From Chiloscyllium plagiosum (lineage: Eukaryota), in contig NC_057718.1 in assembly GCF_004010195.1 (NCBI RefSeq), positions 26,601,688 to 26,665,687 on the forward strand: 64,000 bases of DNA. Reading direction: 5' to 3'. Shown in pieces: positions 37,760-50,319 of the stretch (position 1 is the first letter of the stretch; every line of letters begins with the position of its first letter). A program made the translations under genes and the position numbers. Under the pieces are notes generated by a model. The model made no database searches, was not told where the DNA came from, and worked only from the letters and a program-made list of their open reading frames with translations.

Positions 37760-38705
37760 AAAACCAATCCCCCTCTAATCTCAGTCACAGAGCTTCAGTA
37801 TGCAGATGACAGTTGTGTGTCCTCTCGTTCAGAAATCGAACTCCAAATAATTGCAGACTCCTTCTGTGAAGTATTTAGGAAACAGGCATTTCATTAAACA
37901 CACAGAAAATGATCTTCTAACAAGCAAAACACCTGCCCCATCAATGAATTTAACAGCGCAATTAGGGAAAGTGTGAAAATTTTTCCATATTTTGGGAGTG
38001 TCCTCTTTCTGAAAGTAGACCGACAACAAAATGTAGCATTGCCTCCAATGTCCCAGCTTAGTCCTCAAGCAACTACGAAAAAGAGCATTTGAGGGCTAGG
38101 ATCCAAAATCAGAAACGAAAGCAATGTTTTACTGGGCAGCAGTGATCCCCACACTCTTAAATGTTTCACAGACTTAGATAACCTAAAACACTGGAGAAGT
38201 ATCAGCAGTGATGTCTTCATAAAATTATCAAAATCTAATGGCAAGAAACGAGATCCAATAGCAATATCCTATCCCAAGCCAACTTGCCCAGCATGGAGGA
38301 TCAGTCATTCAGAATCAGCTCTGACAGGTGAGCTATGTCATTTGTATGCTTGACTCCAGAAACAACTTCTTCCGAGGAGGATAAATAATTAAATATTATC
38401 AAACATTCCAGCATACTCATGGCAGAACCTGGCTTATAATAGACCAAAAATGGAGGAAACCCATTTGGCAAGGCACTAAACACATTGAGGGACTTTGTCA
38501 GGAATTTGCAGAGGTGAAGTTGTGAAGTGAAGAGTTATCAGAGAGAGAGATCACAAATCTCCAAACAACTCATCAACTCAACCATTCAAGGCCACTGCCC
38601 AGCATTTGAAAAGTCTACCAATACTGCATGGGACTTATCAACCACTTTAGAACTTGAATGGCAGCAAGTCATCTTCAGTCCAAGTTGAAAATGAAGAAGC
38701 AGAAA
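37760..38705 (+). mobile_element. Decayed RTE-like LINE 3' portion
   Basis: VTELQYADDSC (~37785-37816), NFFHI/FPYFGS-like motif, TKAMFYWAAVIPTLL, KIIKI*WQ..RSNSNIL; GAA-rich end. Clade assignment is by motif style only. Confidence 0.65.
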
Positions 38706-39530
38706 ACAGTACCAGTCATTTAAAGTTCTAAGCTGTGATCACACCAATCTTCAAAATTTATACCTCGCAGTTGATAGGAAAAATTCAAATTCAGGAAAAG
38801 ATTCACATGTCTGCGTGAAAATCCTTTGTTTTAAAATAAATGCAAATACCCTCCAGCCTGTAAACTGAGAAGGCTTTTTGAATGTCACGATAATTGCATA
38901 TAAGTGGATATCAATCATTTCCAAGCATTTATTAACTAATCATTACCTGTTTAGAACAAACACGATCAGGTGAGGAGGGGTCAAATAACTCCCTCATTAA
39001 CCTTTCTTTGTTTGATCACAATAGGTGTTTTGTTGTTTGATAAGGACATATGTGCTAATTCAGTGAGTGCTTAACTGTTTACGTGCTGTGGTCAGATGAA
39101 CTATTAGACAGGTTTCCTTGAGTTTAGCAAAGAATGCTTTTCTCATACTTTATTAATATACGTATGGTTCAACTTCTTTTACTCTCTCTTTCTCTCACAC
39201 ACACATACATTTAGCAGGCACATATAACACACATTTGTTCTTTAAAATCTCTGCTACTGCACATAGAGAGACATTAAAACAATACAGGGGGCCCAAATGT
39301 CTTCAAATTGGATGCAAAGGATCTCTGTCAGCATCTGAGCTGCTTCCTCAATTTTGCTGAGAAAATATGAGCTTAATACATAGAAAGGGTTGGCTTCTCA
39401 TTTGATTGCCCTCTCCAACTAGCCATGACTATGTATTTCAATTGTAATTTGACTGGGAATTCACCTTCTTAAACATGGTTACATTGTTCAAGAGATTAAG
39501 TTTGATGGTTTGTTACCACCCAGTATTTTT

Positions 39531-39848
39531 TAGATTACATTACATTACATTACAGTGTGGAAACAGGCCCTTCGGCCCAACAAGTCCACACCTCCCCGCC
39601 GAAGCGAAACCCACCCATACCCCTACATTTACCCCTTACCTAACACTACGGGCAATTTAGCATGGCCAATTCACCTGACCTGCACATCTTTGGACTGTGG
39701 GAGGAAACCGGAGCGCCCGGAGGAAACCCACGCAGCCACGGGGAGAACGTGCAAACTCCACACAGTCAGTCGCCTGAGGCGGGAATTGAACCCAGGTCTC
39801 TGGCGCTGTGAGGCAGCAGTGCTAACCACTGTGCCACCGTGCCGCCCA
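39531..39848 (-). mobile_element. Young V-SINE (HE1-like)
   Basis: CpG-rich and nearly identical to the 44661-44990 copy; (TAATG)n tail. Confidence 0.93.
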
Positions 39849-39883
39849 CTGCATGTTGTCCGAATAGAATAGGAAATACAGTT

Positions 39884-40856
39884 CATTGTCATTTACATAA
39901 ATGATTTGGGTGTGAGCATAAGAGGTACAGTTAGTAAATTTGCAGATGACACCAAAATTAGAGGTGTAGTGGACAGCGAAGAGGGTTACCTCAGATTACA
40001 ACAAGATCTTGATCAGATGGGCCAATGGGCTGAGAAGTGGCAGATGGAGTTTAATTCAGATAAATGCAAGGTGCTGCATTTTGGGAAAGCAAATCTTAGC
40101 AGAACTTATATGGTAAGGTGCTAGGGAGTGTTGCTGAACAAAATTACCTTGGAGTGCAGGTTCATAGCTCCTTGAAAGTGGAGTTGCAGGTAGATAGGAT
40201 AGTGAAGAATGCGTTTGGTATGCTTTCCTTTATTGTCAGAGCATTGAGTACAGGAGTTGGGAGGTCATGTTGCGGCTGTACAGGACATTGGTTAGGCCAC
40301 TATTGGAATATTGCGTGCAATTCTGGTCTCTTTCCTACTGGAAAGATGTTGTGAAAGTTGAAAGGGTTCAGAAAAGATTTACAAGGATGTTGCCAGGGTT
40401 GGAGATTTGAGCTATAGGGAGAGGCTGAACAGGCTGGGGCTGTTTTCCCTGCAGCATCGGAGGCTGAGGGGTGACCTTATAGAGGTTTACAAAATTATGA
40501 GAGGCATGGATAGGGTAAATAGGCAAAGTCTTTTCCCTGGGGTCAGGGAGTCCAGAACTAGAGGGCATAGGTTTAGGGTGAGAGGGGGAAGATATAAAAG
40601 AGACCTACGGGGCAACTTTTTCACAGACAGTGGTACGTGTATGGAATGAGCTGCCAGAGGAAGTGGTGGAGGCTGGTACAATTGCAACATTTAAGAGGCA
40701 TTTGGATGGGTATATGAATAGGAAGTGTTTGGTGGGAAATGGGCCGGGTGCTGGCAGGTGGGACTAGATTGGGTTGGGATATCTGGTTGGCATGGACGGG
40801 TTGGACCAAAGGGTCTGTTTCCATGCTGTACATCTCTATGACTATGACTCTATGTT
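39884..40856 (+). mobile_element. CR1 LINE 3' part
   Basis: [12 protein letters not shown]...WQMEFNSDKCKVLHFG and LRGDLIEVYKIMRGMD; tail CTCTATGACTATGACTCTAT. Confidence 0.93.
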
Positions 40857-40929
40857 CCTTTGAGGTCTTTTGCTTTGATGGGTTTTGGCAGACATGCCAT
40901 CTGCACCTCAATACAGTTAAAATGTGGAA

Positions 40930-42340
40930 AATCTCAGCATGGCTGGCAACACCTGTGGTGAGAAATCAGGGGGTTAATGCATCAGATCCAGTCACTCTTG
41001 CTCAGAATGATGGTAGCTAAGAAAACAATGTTTTTTGTCTACAGGATAGGGTGGAGGTGGGGGAGAGTATGCAATAGATGGAGACAGAGAAATATAGGTA
41101 GACAGACAAAGGATGGCTAAAGGTCTGTCTGGGGGAATGAATACCTGCAAATGGGGACTATTAGTGGCTGGCAATGGGTAGGATGTGGTAGCAGCCCATG
41201 TGATGACAAGGCCCAGCACATGGTGGATTGGAAAAAGCGTGGGGAAAAGTGCTCAAGCCCTAAAATTGTTGAACTCGGTATTAAATCCAGAAGGTTCCCA
41301 AGTGGAAAATGAAGTGGTTTTCTTCCAGCTTGTTCTGCAGCAAACCTGAGAAAAGATGTGGGCCAGAGAACACAGTGGTGTGTTGAAGTGGAAAGCAACC
41401 TAGTTGACAGGGCCCTCAGCCAGATCTGACCCATCTCCTGCATTGCGGCCCTCATCCCCTCTCTTGCTTCCCACAACAGCGATCGGGTCCCCTTTGTCCC
41501 TACCTACCAGCTCACCAGCAACCTCATCCATAGATTCATTAGCCACCATTTCTGCCATCTCCAGCACGATGCTACCACCAGACAACTATTTCCCCCCTCT
41601 CCCTTATCAGCCTTCCACAAGGGTCATTCTCTCCGAGACACCCTAGTCCACTGCTACTTCACTACCAACACTTCACCACACCCCTACGACACTTTCCCCT
41701 GTAGCTGCAGAACACCTGCCAGCTTACGTCCTCAATCCTTAGTATACAAGGGCCCAAATACACTTGTCAGGTGCTTGCTTCGCAGAACACATACGTTGTA
41801 TCTGCAAACAAGAACCTGAGCTTCCAGTTGCTTGCCACTTCAACACAACACCATGTTCCCTGGCCAACATCTCAGGCTAGCTGCAGGGTTCCAGGGAAGC
41901 TCAGTGTAAGCTGGAAGAACAGCACCTCAGTTTCTGCTTGGGAACCCTGCAGCCTTCTGGATTTAATATCGAGTTCACCAATTTTAGAGCTTGAGCACCT
42001 TTTCCCATGCTTTCCCCCAACCCCCAAACACCAGGCCTTGTCATCACATAGACTGTTACCATTGTCAGCCACTAATAACCTCCATTAGCAATTATTCATT
42101 CCCCTAGACTGACATTTAACCACTCCTTTGTCTATCCAACTGTTCTTCTCTCTCTTTGGGCTCTATTTCCACCTATTGTTTACTCTCCCCCTTCTTCCAA
42201 CCCCATCTTCTGTATAAAAAAAAATCTTTTTCCAAGCTACCAACAGTTCTAAAGAAGGGTCACTGGACCCGAAGCATTAACTGATTTCTCTCCACAGATG
42301 CTGCCAGACGTGCTAGATTTGCCCTCAATTTCTGTTTCAG
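40930..42340 (+). mobile_element. Decayed Penelope-like element with inverted 3' duplication
   Basis: 40930-41400 is the reverse complement of ~41850-42310. The internal part resembles the RT-to-GIY-YIG linker. The terminus has a hammerhead-like motif at 42244-42283 and CTCTCCACAGATGCTGCCAGAC. Confidence 0.7.
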
Positions 42341-44213
42341 TTAAAAAGCATGATTGTTTGGCACTAAACACAACTGAATGAGAACAGGAAATATTGTTTC
42401 CAACTCTAATGGCAACAATTTAAGAAAAATCTTACAATAAAAGTTAGTAATAAGTCAGGTGATATTAAGATATTATTGTGAGTATTTTGAATTTTAGACA
42501 AATTAGAGATATATGGAATTATATCCAATTTATAACAAAAAAACAAACAATTGTTTCTGTGTCTCTATTTATAACCTATTTGAAACTACTCTCAATTTAC
42601 TTCATTAACCTCATTGACATATTTCTTTTTAACCTCCTTCATGTACTTACCTCGATAGAGAAACCTTCATTTTCAGGGAAGGTGATGGCCTAGTGGTATT
42701 ATCGCTAGACTATTCATCCAGAGACCCAGATAATGTTCTGGGTATCCAGATTCGAATCCAGTCCGGTGGTGGACTTTGAATTCCATTTAAAAAATCTTAA
42801 ACTAAGGATTTACTGTTAACCATGAAATCATTATTGATTGTTGGAAAACTCCATCTGATTCACCTAGTCTGGCCTACATGTGACTCCAGACCTACAGCAA
42901 TGTGGTAGACTACCAGCTGCCCTCTGAAATGGCTTAGCAAGCCATTCTGTTGTATCAACCGCTCCAACGTCTCAAAGAAATGAAATAAAATGGAACAGAT
43001 CACCTGGCATTGACCAAGACAATGGCAGAAACAGCCCTGTTAACCATGCAAAGTCCTCCTCACTAATATCTGGGAGCTAGTGCCAGAATTGGGAGAACTG
43101 TCTCATAGACTACAGCCTGACATATTCATACTTTATAGACAATGTCTCAGATACCATCACCATCCCTGGACATGTCCTGTCTCACTGGCAGTATAGACCC
43201 AGCAGAGGTGTCAGCACAGTGGTATACAGTCGGGGAGGTGTTGCTTGGAGAGTTCTCAGCATTGACTTCAGATCCTATGAAGTCTCATGGCTTCAGGTTA
43301 AACAAGGGCAAGGAAACCTCCTGCTGATTACCACATACAGTCCTCCTTCAGCTAATGAATCAGTACTCGTCCATGTTGAACAACACTTAGAGGAAGCACT
43401 GAGGCTGGGAAGGACACAAAATGTACTCTGGGTAGGGGATTTCGATGTCCACCACCAAGAGTGGCTCAGCAGCAGTACTACTGATTGACACGGCTACTAA
43501 AGTGGATCTAAGCTGGTGGAGAGGAAACCCAACAAGAGGACAAACAAAACTTGACCTCATCCATACCAATCTGCCAGCTGTACTTGCATTTGTCCATGAC
43601 TGCACAGTTCCTGTGGAGATGAAGGCCCACCTTCACATTGAAAATAACCTCCAACATGTTTTCTGGCACTATCACTATGCTAAATGGGCCAGACGTTGAA
43701 TAGATCTAGCAACTCAAGACTGGGTATCCATGAGGTGCTGTGTGCCATCAACAACAACAGAATTGTACTCCACCACAATCTGTAACTTCATGGCGTGGCA
43801 TATCCCCCACTCAACCATTACCATCAAACAGGGAATCAACCCTAGTTCAATGGATAGTGCAGGAGGGCATGCCAGGAATAGCATTATGCATACCTGAAGA
43901 TGAGGTGTCAACCTGGTGAAGCCATCAAACAGGACTACTTGCATGCCACACAGCATAAGCAGCAAGTGATAGACAGAGCTAAGTGATCCCACAATCAATG
44001 GATAAGATCTAAGCTCTGCAGTCCTGCCACATCCACTCATGAATGGTGGTAGATGATTAAATAACTCACTGGAGGATGAGGCTCCACAACTATCCTCACT
44101 CTCAGTGATGGAAGAGCCCAGCACATCAGTGCAAAAATAAGACCGAGGCTTTTATAGCAATCTTCGGACAGAAGTCGCCAGTAGATGATCCATCTTAGCC
44201 TGGTCCAATGGTC

Positions 44214-44388
44214 AAGAATCTAGTGCTGGAAAAGCACAGCAAGTCAGGCAGCATCCGAGGAGCAGGAGAACTGACGTTTCGAAATGTCGATTCTCCTGCT
44301 CCACGGATGCTGCCTGACTTGCTGCACTTTTCTAGCACCACACTATCGACTCTGATCTCCAGCATCTGCAGTCCTCACTTTCTCCTCT
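44214..44388. mobile_element. Penelope-like terminal hairpin nested in LINE
   Basis: Inverted arms around GACGTTTCGAAATGTC. Candidate TSD TCCAATGGTC (44204-44213) and TCCAGTGGTC (44389-44398). Confidence 0.75.
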
Positions 44389-44660
44389 TCCAGTGGTCCC
44401 CAGCATTACAGATACCAGCCTTCAGCCAATTCGATTCACTCCACGTTATATCAAGAAACAGTTGGAGGCACTGGATACTGCAAAGGCTACAGGCCCTGGC
44501 AACATCTCAGCAATAATACTGAAGACTTTTGCTCCAGAACTTGTCGCTCCCCTGTCCAAGCTGTACTAGTACAGTTACAACACTGGCATCTACCTGACAA
44601 TGTGGAAAATTTTCTAAGTATGTCCTGTGCATAAAAAGGACAAATCCAACCCGGCCAATT

Positions 44661-44990
44661 GTGGGCGGCACGGTGGCACAGTGGTTAGCACTGCTGCCTC
44701 ACAGCGCCTGAGACCTGGGTTCAATTCCCGCCTCAGGCGACTGACTGTGTGGAGTTTGCACGTTCTCCCCGTGTCTGCGTGGGTTTCCTCCGGGTGCTCC
44801 GGTTTCCTCCCACAGTCCAAAAGATGTGCAGGGTTAGGTGAATTGGCCATGCTAAATTGCCCGTAGTGTTAGGTAAGGGGTAAATGTAGGGGTATGGGTG
44901 GGTTTCGCTTCGGCGGGTCGGTGTGGACTTGTTGGGCCGAAGGGCCTGTTTCCACACTGTAATGTAATGTAATCTAATCTAATCTAATCT
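44661..44990 (+). mobile_element. Young V-SINE (HE1-like) nested in LINE RT
   Basis: Intact A box TGGCACAGTGG, B box GGTTCAATTCC, V-domain and (TAATG)(TAATC)n tail; flanked by AATT. Splits NPAN|YCPIS. Confidence 0.95.
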
Positions 44991-46261
44991 AATTACTGCC
45001 CCATTAGTATACTCTCGATCATCAGTAAGTGATGGAAAGTGTCATCAACAGTGCTATCAAGGAGCACCTGTTCAGTGATGCCCAAGTTGGAATCCACCAG
45101 GGCCACTCAGCTCCTGACCTCATTATAGCCTTCGTTCAAACATGGACTAAAGAGCTGAACTCCAGAGGGGAGGTGAGAATGACAGCCTTTGATGTCAAGA
45201 TTGCATTCGACCGAGTGTGACATCAAGGAGCTCTAGCAAAACTAGAATCAATGAGCATCGGGGGCAAACTGTCCAGTGTTTAGAGTCATACCTGACACAC
45301 AGGAAGATGCCTGTGGTTGTTGGAGGTCAGTCATCTCACTTCAGGACATCTCTGCAGGAATTCCTCAGGATCGTGTCCTCGGCTTAACCATCTTCAGCTG
45401 CTTCATCAATGACCTTTCCTCCATCATAAGGTCAGAAGTGGAGCTGTTCGCCAATGATTGCACAATGTTCAGCACCATTCTCAACTCCTCAGACTCTGAA
45501 GCAGTCCGTGTCCAAATGCAACACGATCTGGACAATATCCAGGCTTGGGATGACAAGTGGCAAGTAACATTCACCACAAACAAATGCCAGGCTATCACCA
45601 TCACGTGTAAGAGACAATCTAACCACCGCCCCTTGACATTCAATGGCGTTACCATCACTGAATGCCTCACTATCAACATTCCGGGTGTTTTCATTGATCA
45701 GAAACTCAACTGGACTCACTGCGTAAATGTCGTGGCTACAAGAGCAGGTCAGAGGCTAGGAATACTGTAGTGAAAAACTTACCTCCTGACTCCCCAAATC
45801 CTGTCCATCATCTACGAGGCACAAGTCAGGGGTGTGTTGGAATACTCCCTACTTGCCTGGATGTGGGCAGCCCAAACAACACTCAAGAAGCTTGATACCA
45901 TCCAGGACAAAGTAGCCTGCTCGGTTAGCACCACATCCACAAGCATCCACTCCCAACACCACCACAGTCAGTAGCAGCAGTGTATACTATCTACAAGATG
46001 CACTGCAGAAATTCACCAAAGATCCTCAGACAGCAATTTCCAAACACATGACCACTTCTATCTAGAAGGACAAGGGCAGCAGATATATGGGAACACCTTC
46101 AAGTTCCCCTCCGAGTCACTCACCATCCCCTCTTGGAAATATATCGCTGTTCCTTCACTGCCACTGGGTCAAAATCCTGGAATTCCCTCCCTAATGGCAT
46201 TGTAGGTTAATCTTCAACAGCTGAATTGCAGCAATTTAAGAGGACAGCCCACCACCTTCTC

Positions 46262-47768
46262 CATAAGATCATAAGACATAGGAGCGGAAGTAAGGCCATT
46301 CGGCCCATCGAGTCCACTCCGCCATTCAATCATGGCTGATGGGCATTTCAACTCCACTTACCCGCATTCTCCCCATAGCCCTTAATTCCTTGTGACATCA
46401 AGAATTTATGAATTTCTGCCTTGAAGACATTTAGCATCCCAGCCTCCACTGCACTCTGTGGCAATGAATTCGACAGGCCCACCACTCTCTGCCTGAAGAA
46501 ATGTCTCCGCATCTCTGTTCTGAATTTACNNNNNNNNNNNNNNNNNNNNNNNNNNNNNNNNNNNNNNNNNNNNNNNNNNNNNNNNNNNNNNNNNNNNNNN
46601 NNNNNNNNNNNNNNNNNNNNNNNNNNNNNNNNNNNNNNNNNNNNNNNNNNNNNNNNNNNNNNNNNNNNNNNNNNNNNNNNNNNNNNNNNNNNNNNNNNNN
46701 NNNNNNNNNNNNNNNNNNNNNNNNNNNNNNNNNNNNNNNNNNNNNNNNNNNNNNNNNNNNNNNNNNNNNNNNNNNNNNNNNNNNNNNNNNNNNNNNNNNN
46801 NNNNNNNNNNNNNNNNNNNNNNNNNNNNNNNNNNNNNNNNNNNNNNNNNNNNNNNNNNNNNNNNNNNNNNNNNNNNNNNNNNNNNNNNNNNNNNNNNNNN
46901 NNNNNNNNNNNNNNNNNNNNNNNNNNNNNNNNNNNNNNNNNNNNNNNNNNNNNNNNNNNNNNNNNNNNNNNNNNNNNNNNNNNNNNNNNNNNNNNNNNNN
47001 NNNNNNNNNNNNNNNNNNNNNNNNNNNNNNNNNNNNNNNNNNNNNNNNNNNNNNNNNNNNNNNNNNNNNNNNNNNNNNNNNNNNNNNNNNNNNNNNNNNN
47101 NNNNNNNNNNNNNNNNNNNNNNNNNNNNNNNNNNNNNNNNNNNNNNNNNNNNNNNNNNNNNNNNNNNNNNNNNNNNNNNNNNNNNNNNNNNNNNNNNNNN
47201 NNNNNNNNNNNNNNNNNNNNNNNNNNNNNNNNNNNNNNNNNNNNNNNNNNNNNNNNNNNNNNNNNNNNNNNNNNNNNNNNNNNNNNNNNNNNNNNNNNNN
47301 NNNNNNNNNNNNNNNNNNNNNNNNNNNNNNNNNNNNNNNNNNNNNNNNNNNNNNNNNNNNNNNNNNNNNNNNNNNNNNNNNNNNNNACCGAGGTTAGGCT
47401 GATTGGCCTATAATTTTCCATCTTTTGCCTTGATCCTTCCTTGAACAAGGGGGTTATAACAGCGATCTTCCTGGACTTTCCCTGACTCCAGTGACTTTTG
47501 AAAGATCTCAACCAATGCCTCCATTATTTCTTCAGCCACCTCCCTCAGAACTCTAGGATGTAACCCATCAGGGCCAGGAGATTTATCAATTTTAAGACCT
47601 TTTAGCTTTTCTAGCACTTTCTCTTTTGTAATGGCAACCATACTCAGCTCAGCCTACTGACTCCCTTTAATTGTTGGGATATTACTCATGTCTTCCACTG
47701 TGAAGACTGACACAAAGTACTTATTAAGTTCTCCTGCTATTTCCTTATCTCCCATCACTAGGCTTCCC
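46262..47768 (-). mobile_element. CR1 LINE, 5'-truncated, spanning an 857-N gap (46530-47386)
   Basis: KSPGPDGLHPRVLREVAEEI and LFKEGSRQKMENYRPISLTS on the right. RRHFFRQRVVGLSNSLP and a CATAAGA tail on the left. Confidence 0.88.
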
Positions 47769-48599
47769 AAGGGCAACTAGGGACAGGCATTAAATGCTGG
47801 TCAGCCAGTGACACTCACATAACACAAAAAAATGAATAAATGAAAAAAAAGACATCCAGGAAAATAAACAAAATAATAAACTCTATGATCATCGCCACAA
47901 AGAAAAGAAAAGCTATAAATATATCAGTCTCCAAGAGTCCTTCAAACAATAACTATCCTTTAATATATTCAGAACAATTGCTATTGGCATTTAGGATAGA
48001 AGAAATGCTCTGAATAATTAGGTTGAATAGGTTTTTGTCTGTGAGGAAGATCTTGAGCCATCATGATTTGTGACTGCTGAAAGCCCTTTATATTCTTGCA
48101 ATCAGTAAGTCAATTATGTTTGATTTTTTTTTTGCACTCCTTTACTCTTTTTGAGTCCTAGTTATTCTGTTCCTTTTCCTGTCATAGCATTTTTTCCTCC
48201 TCATTGTTTCTCTTGTCTATAAAATAGATCATTTTCTGAGCTCATTTTCTTCATTTTTCACTGCAATGCAAACAGCCATCAGGCCAAGTTTCTAATCACC
48301 AATATTAACAAAAGCATACCTGGTATCTATTAGGAAGTGGAGGAGAGATAACTGCCTTGTAGAAACCATGCACAGATTATGCCTTTCTAATAGGAAGTCT
48401 GTACCTTGAAAGCTAATCTGCCCATTGCCTTTCTCACATGCTAGCTAATAGACTGCATATTGTCAGCATTTCCCATTTTTATATGACCATTACAAAGATG
48501 TTATCAGAGTTAAAATGAAAAACGATTCTGGAATGCAAAATTTCTCCCTATCAAAGTCTCTACAACATGTACCTTAACTTGTTTTTCATGCCCAATTAC

Positions 48600-49020
48600 A
48601 GGATTTGTGCCAGGACATTTCTACCAAAGCATAAAACTTTGTGCTCCATCGTCACATGGCTTCATTGTCATATGCTTCTGCATCTTGGAATTCTTCAGTC
48701 ATCTTGATTTAAATAATACATTTTATATACTGCTTTTACATTGTTCGTGCCAAAGTACACTGCTTCACATTTTCCTATAATATAGTCCGTGTCAGATTTT
48801 GCCCACTGAATCAACTTACCTACATCTGTCTGCAACGTCCTTATGCCTCCTTCACAATGTTTTCTTACCAATGTTAGAGTCATTTGTAAATTCAGCTACC
48901 ATGACTTTGCTTCCTTCATCTAAGTTTTTGATGTAATTATAAAAATCCTAAAACTGTAGGACTGAACTCATCATGTCATGTCAATTAGACATAAATCCAT
49001 TTGTGCTTGCTGTCTCTTTT
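48600..49020 (-). mobile_element. Old CR1 RT fragment
   Basis: Minus ORF LQTDVGKLIQWAK...GKCEAVYFG. Confidence 0.6.
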
Positions 49021-49044
49021 TTGACACATTCACAAACATTCACT

Positions 49045-49412
49045 CACGCCTAGTAGTAGCATTATGTCACATCTATAAGATGCAGTACAGAAAGTCACCA
49101 AGGCTCCTCAGACAGCACCTTACAACTACCACAATGATATAGAAGATCAGGCACAGCAGATACATGGAAACTCCACCTGCAATGTCCCCTCCATGCTACT
49201 CACCATTCAGACTTTGAAATCTATTTCCATTTCTTCATGTTGTTGGGTCAAAATCCTGGAACTCTCTTCTAAATGGCATTGTGGGTATACTGCACAAATG
49301 GAAAATGGACTGCAGGAAAATGGTTCAGGAAGGCAGTTCACCACCACCCAACATGGAATGAGCAAGTATGCTGGCCCAGCCAGTGACACATGCATCTCAG
49401 GAAATAATTTTT
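49045..49412 (+). mobile_element. 3' end of the tRNA-headed LINE family
   Basis: Collinear with 45960-46260 plus tail (ATGCTGGCCCAGCCAGTGACACATGCATC). Confidence 0.7.
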
Positions 49413-50319
49413 AAAAGCTGTTTCCAAGTTTCAACAAATTGTGGATGTTTTGTTACTCTGCATGTTTCAAAGCTATATATTATACACACAAATATATAGA
49501 GAGGCTCAATTTACAACTGTCTGATTTTATTAGAAATCCTTAAGCCAAAGCAAAACAAAGCTACCTCCTTCAAACTACCTCATTAGCGACTTGGCACACT
49601 TGGGATGTTCTAGGTAGAAGTTTGAACAAATTTACATTACCTTCCAAAAAAATCCCTTTAATTCTGAGACTCCATAAATAATTCACATGTCTAATTGGGA
49701 CAACTGCAATCTCACCACATGTGCGGGTTCCATTATGAAGCTAAGGTAAGACCAGTTCTTTATTGTTCTCTGATTTCCAACTCTGACCTTTCTTAATAAA
49801 CACAGGTCACCCTTTGAAGTGCAATACATCAGGTCAGTTTTACAGCTTCACAAAAACCAACTACTTTTAGTATCCTACATTTAAAAACTCGAAACCCCAA
49901 ACTACAAACTAATCTCCCAAATCTATGAATCATAAAATTGGACATTTTTACCACCTCAGTTGAAAACAAATATATCTATTATATAATTATCATAATGGCA
50001 ACAGCATAAACACTATTAACAGTACCACCAATTTAGCAGTAATTTACAAACTTTACTAGCAAACCACAGGACAATAGAATTCATTTTAACATATCAGCAA
50101 TATAAATAACAGCCAATGTGAGCCTACACCACAGGACTCAGGGCACGTCAATACAGTTTCAAAATCACGTAACATAACAGAGTAAAGAAATAGTCAAGAA
50201 TCCTATTTCAGGTATGGCAGACAATGGCAAAATTAGAAGAAGTGTATTAATTAAACTGGAAGAGATAAATAATAAATGGGTGAATAAAGTATCAGTGCTG
50301 AGGGACAGGTTACAGGGTA

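Larger units (their letters stand above)
42676..47850 (+). mobile_element. Near full-length CR1/Jockey-group LINE with tRNA-like 5' head and single APE+RT ORF (decayed, three nested insertions)
   Basis: A box TGGCCTAGTGG at 42686-42696 and B box GATTCGAATCC at 42749-42759. APE motifs KVLLTNIWEL, QPDIFIL, YSPPS, VGDFDVHH and LDLIHTN. RT motifs KKDKSNPAN, AFDVKIAFDRV, GIPQDRVLG and LFANDCT. Tail AAGGGCAACTAGGGACAGGCATTAAATGCTGG...AATGAATAAATGAAAAAAAA at 47769-47850. Confidence 0.85.

Noticed and set aside
34795..42655. Strong minus-strand donor-like sites (AAG|GTGAGT near 34802; GAG|GTAAGT near 42650)
   Set aside because: No matching acceptor or meaningful reading frame was found; such motifs arise by chance in 39 kb.
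10873..47511. Long ORFs made mostly of X (10873-11659, 36871-37589, 46348-47511)
   Set aside because: Artefacts of translating through N gaps.
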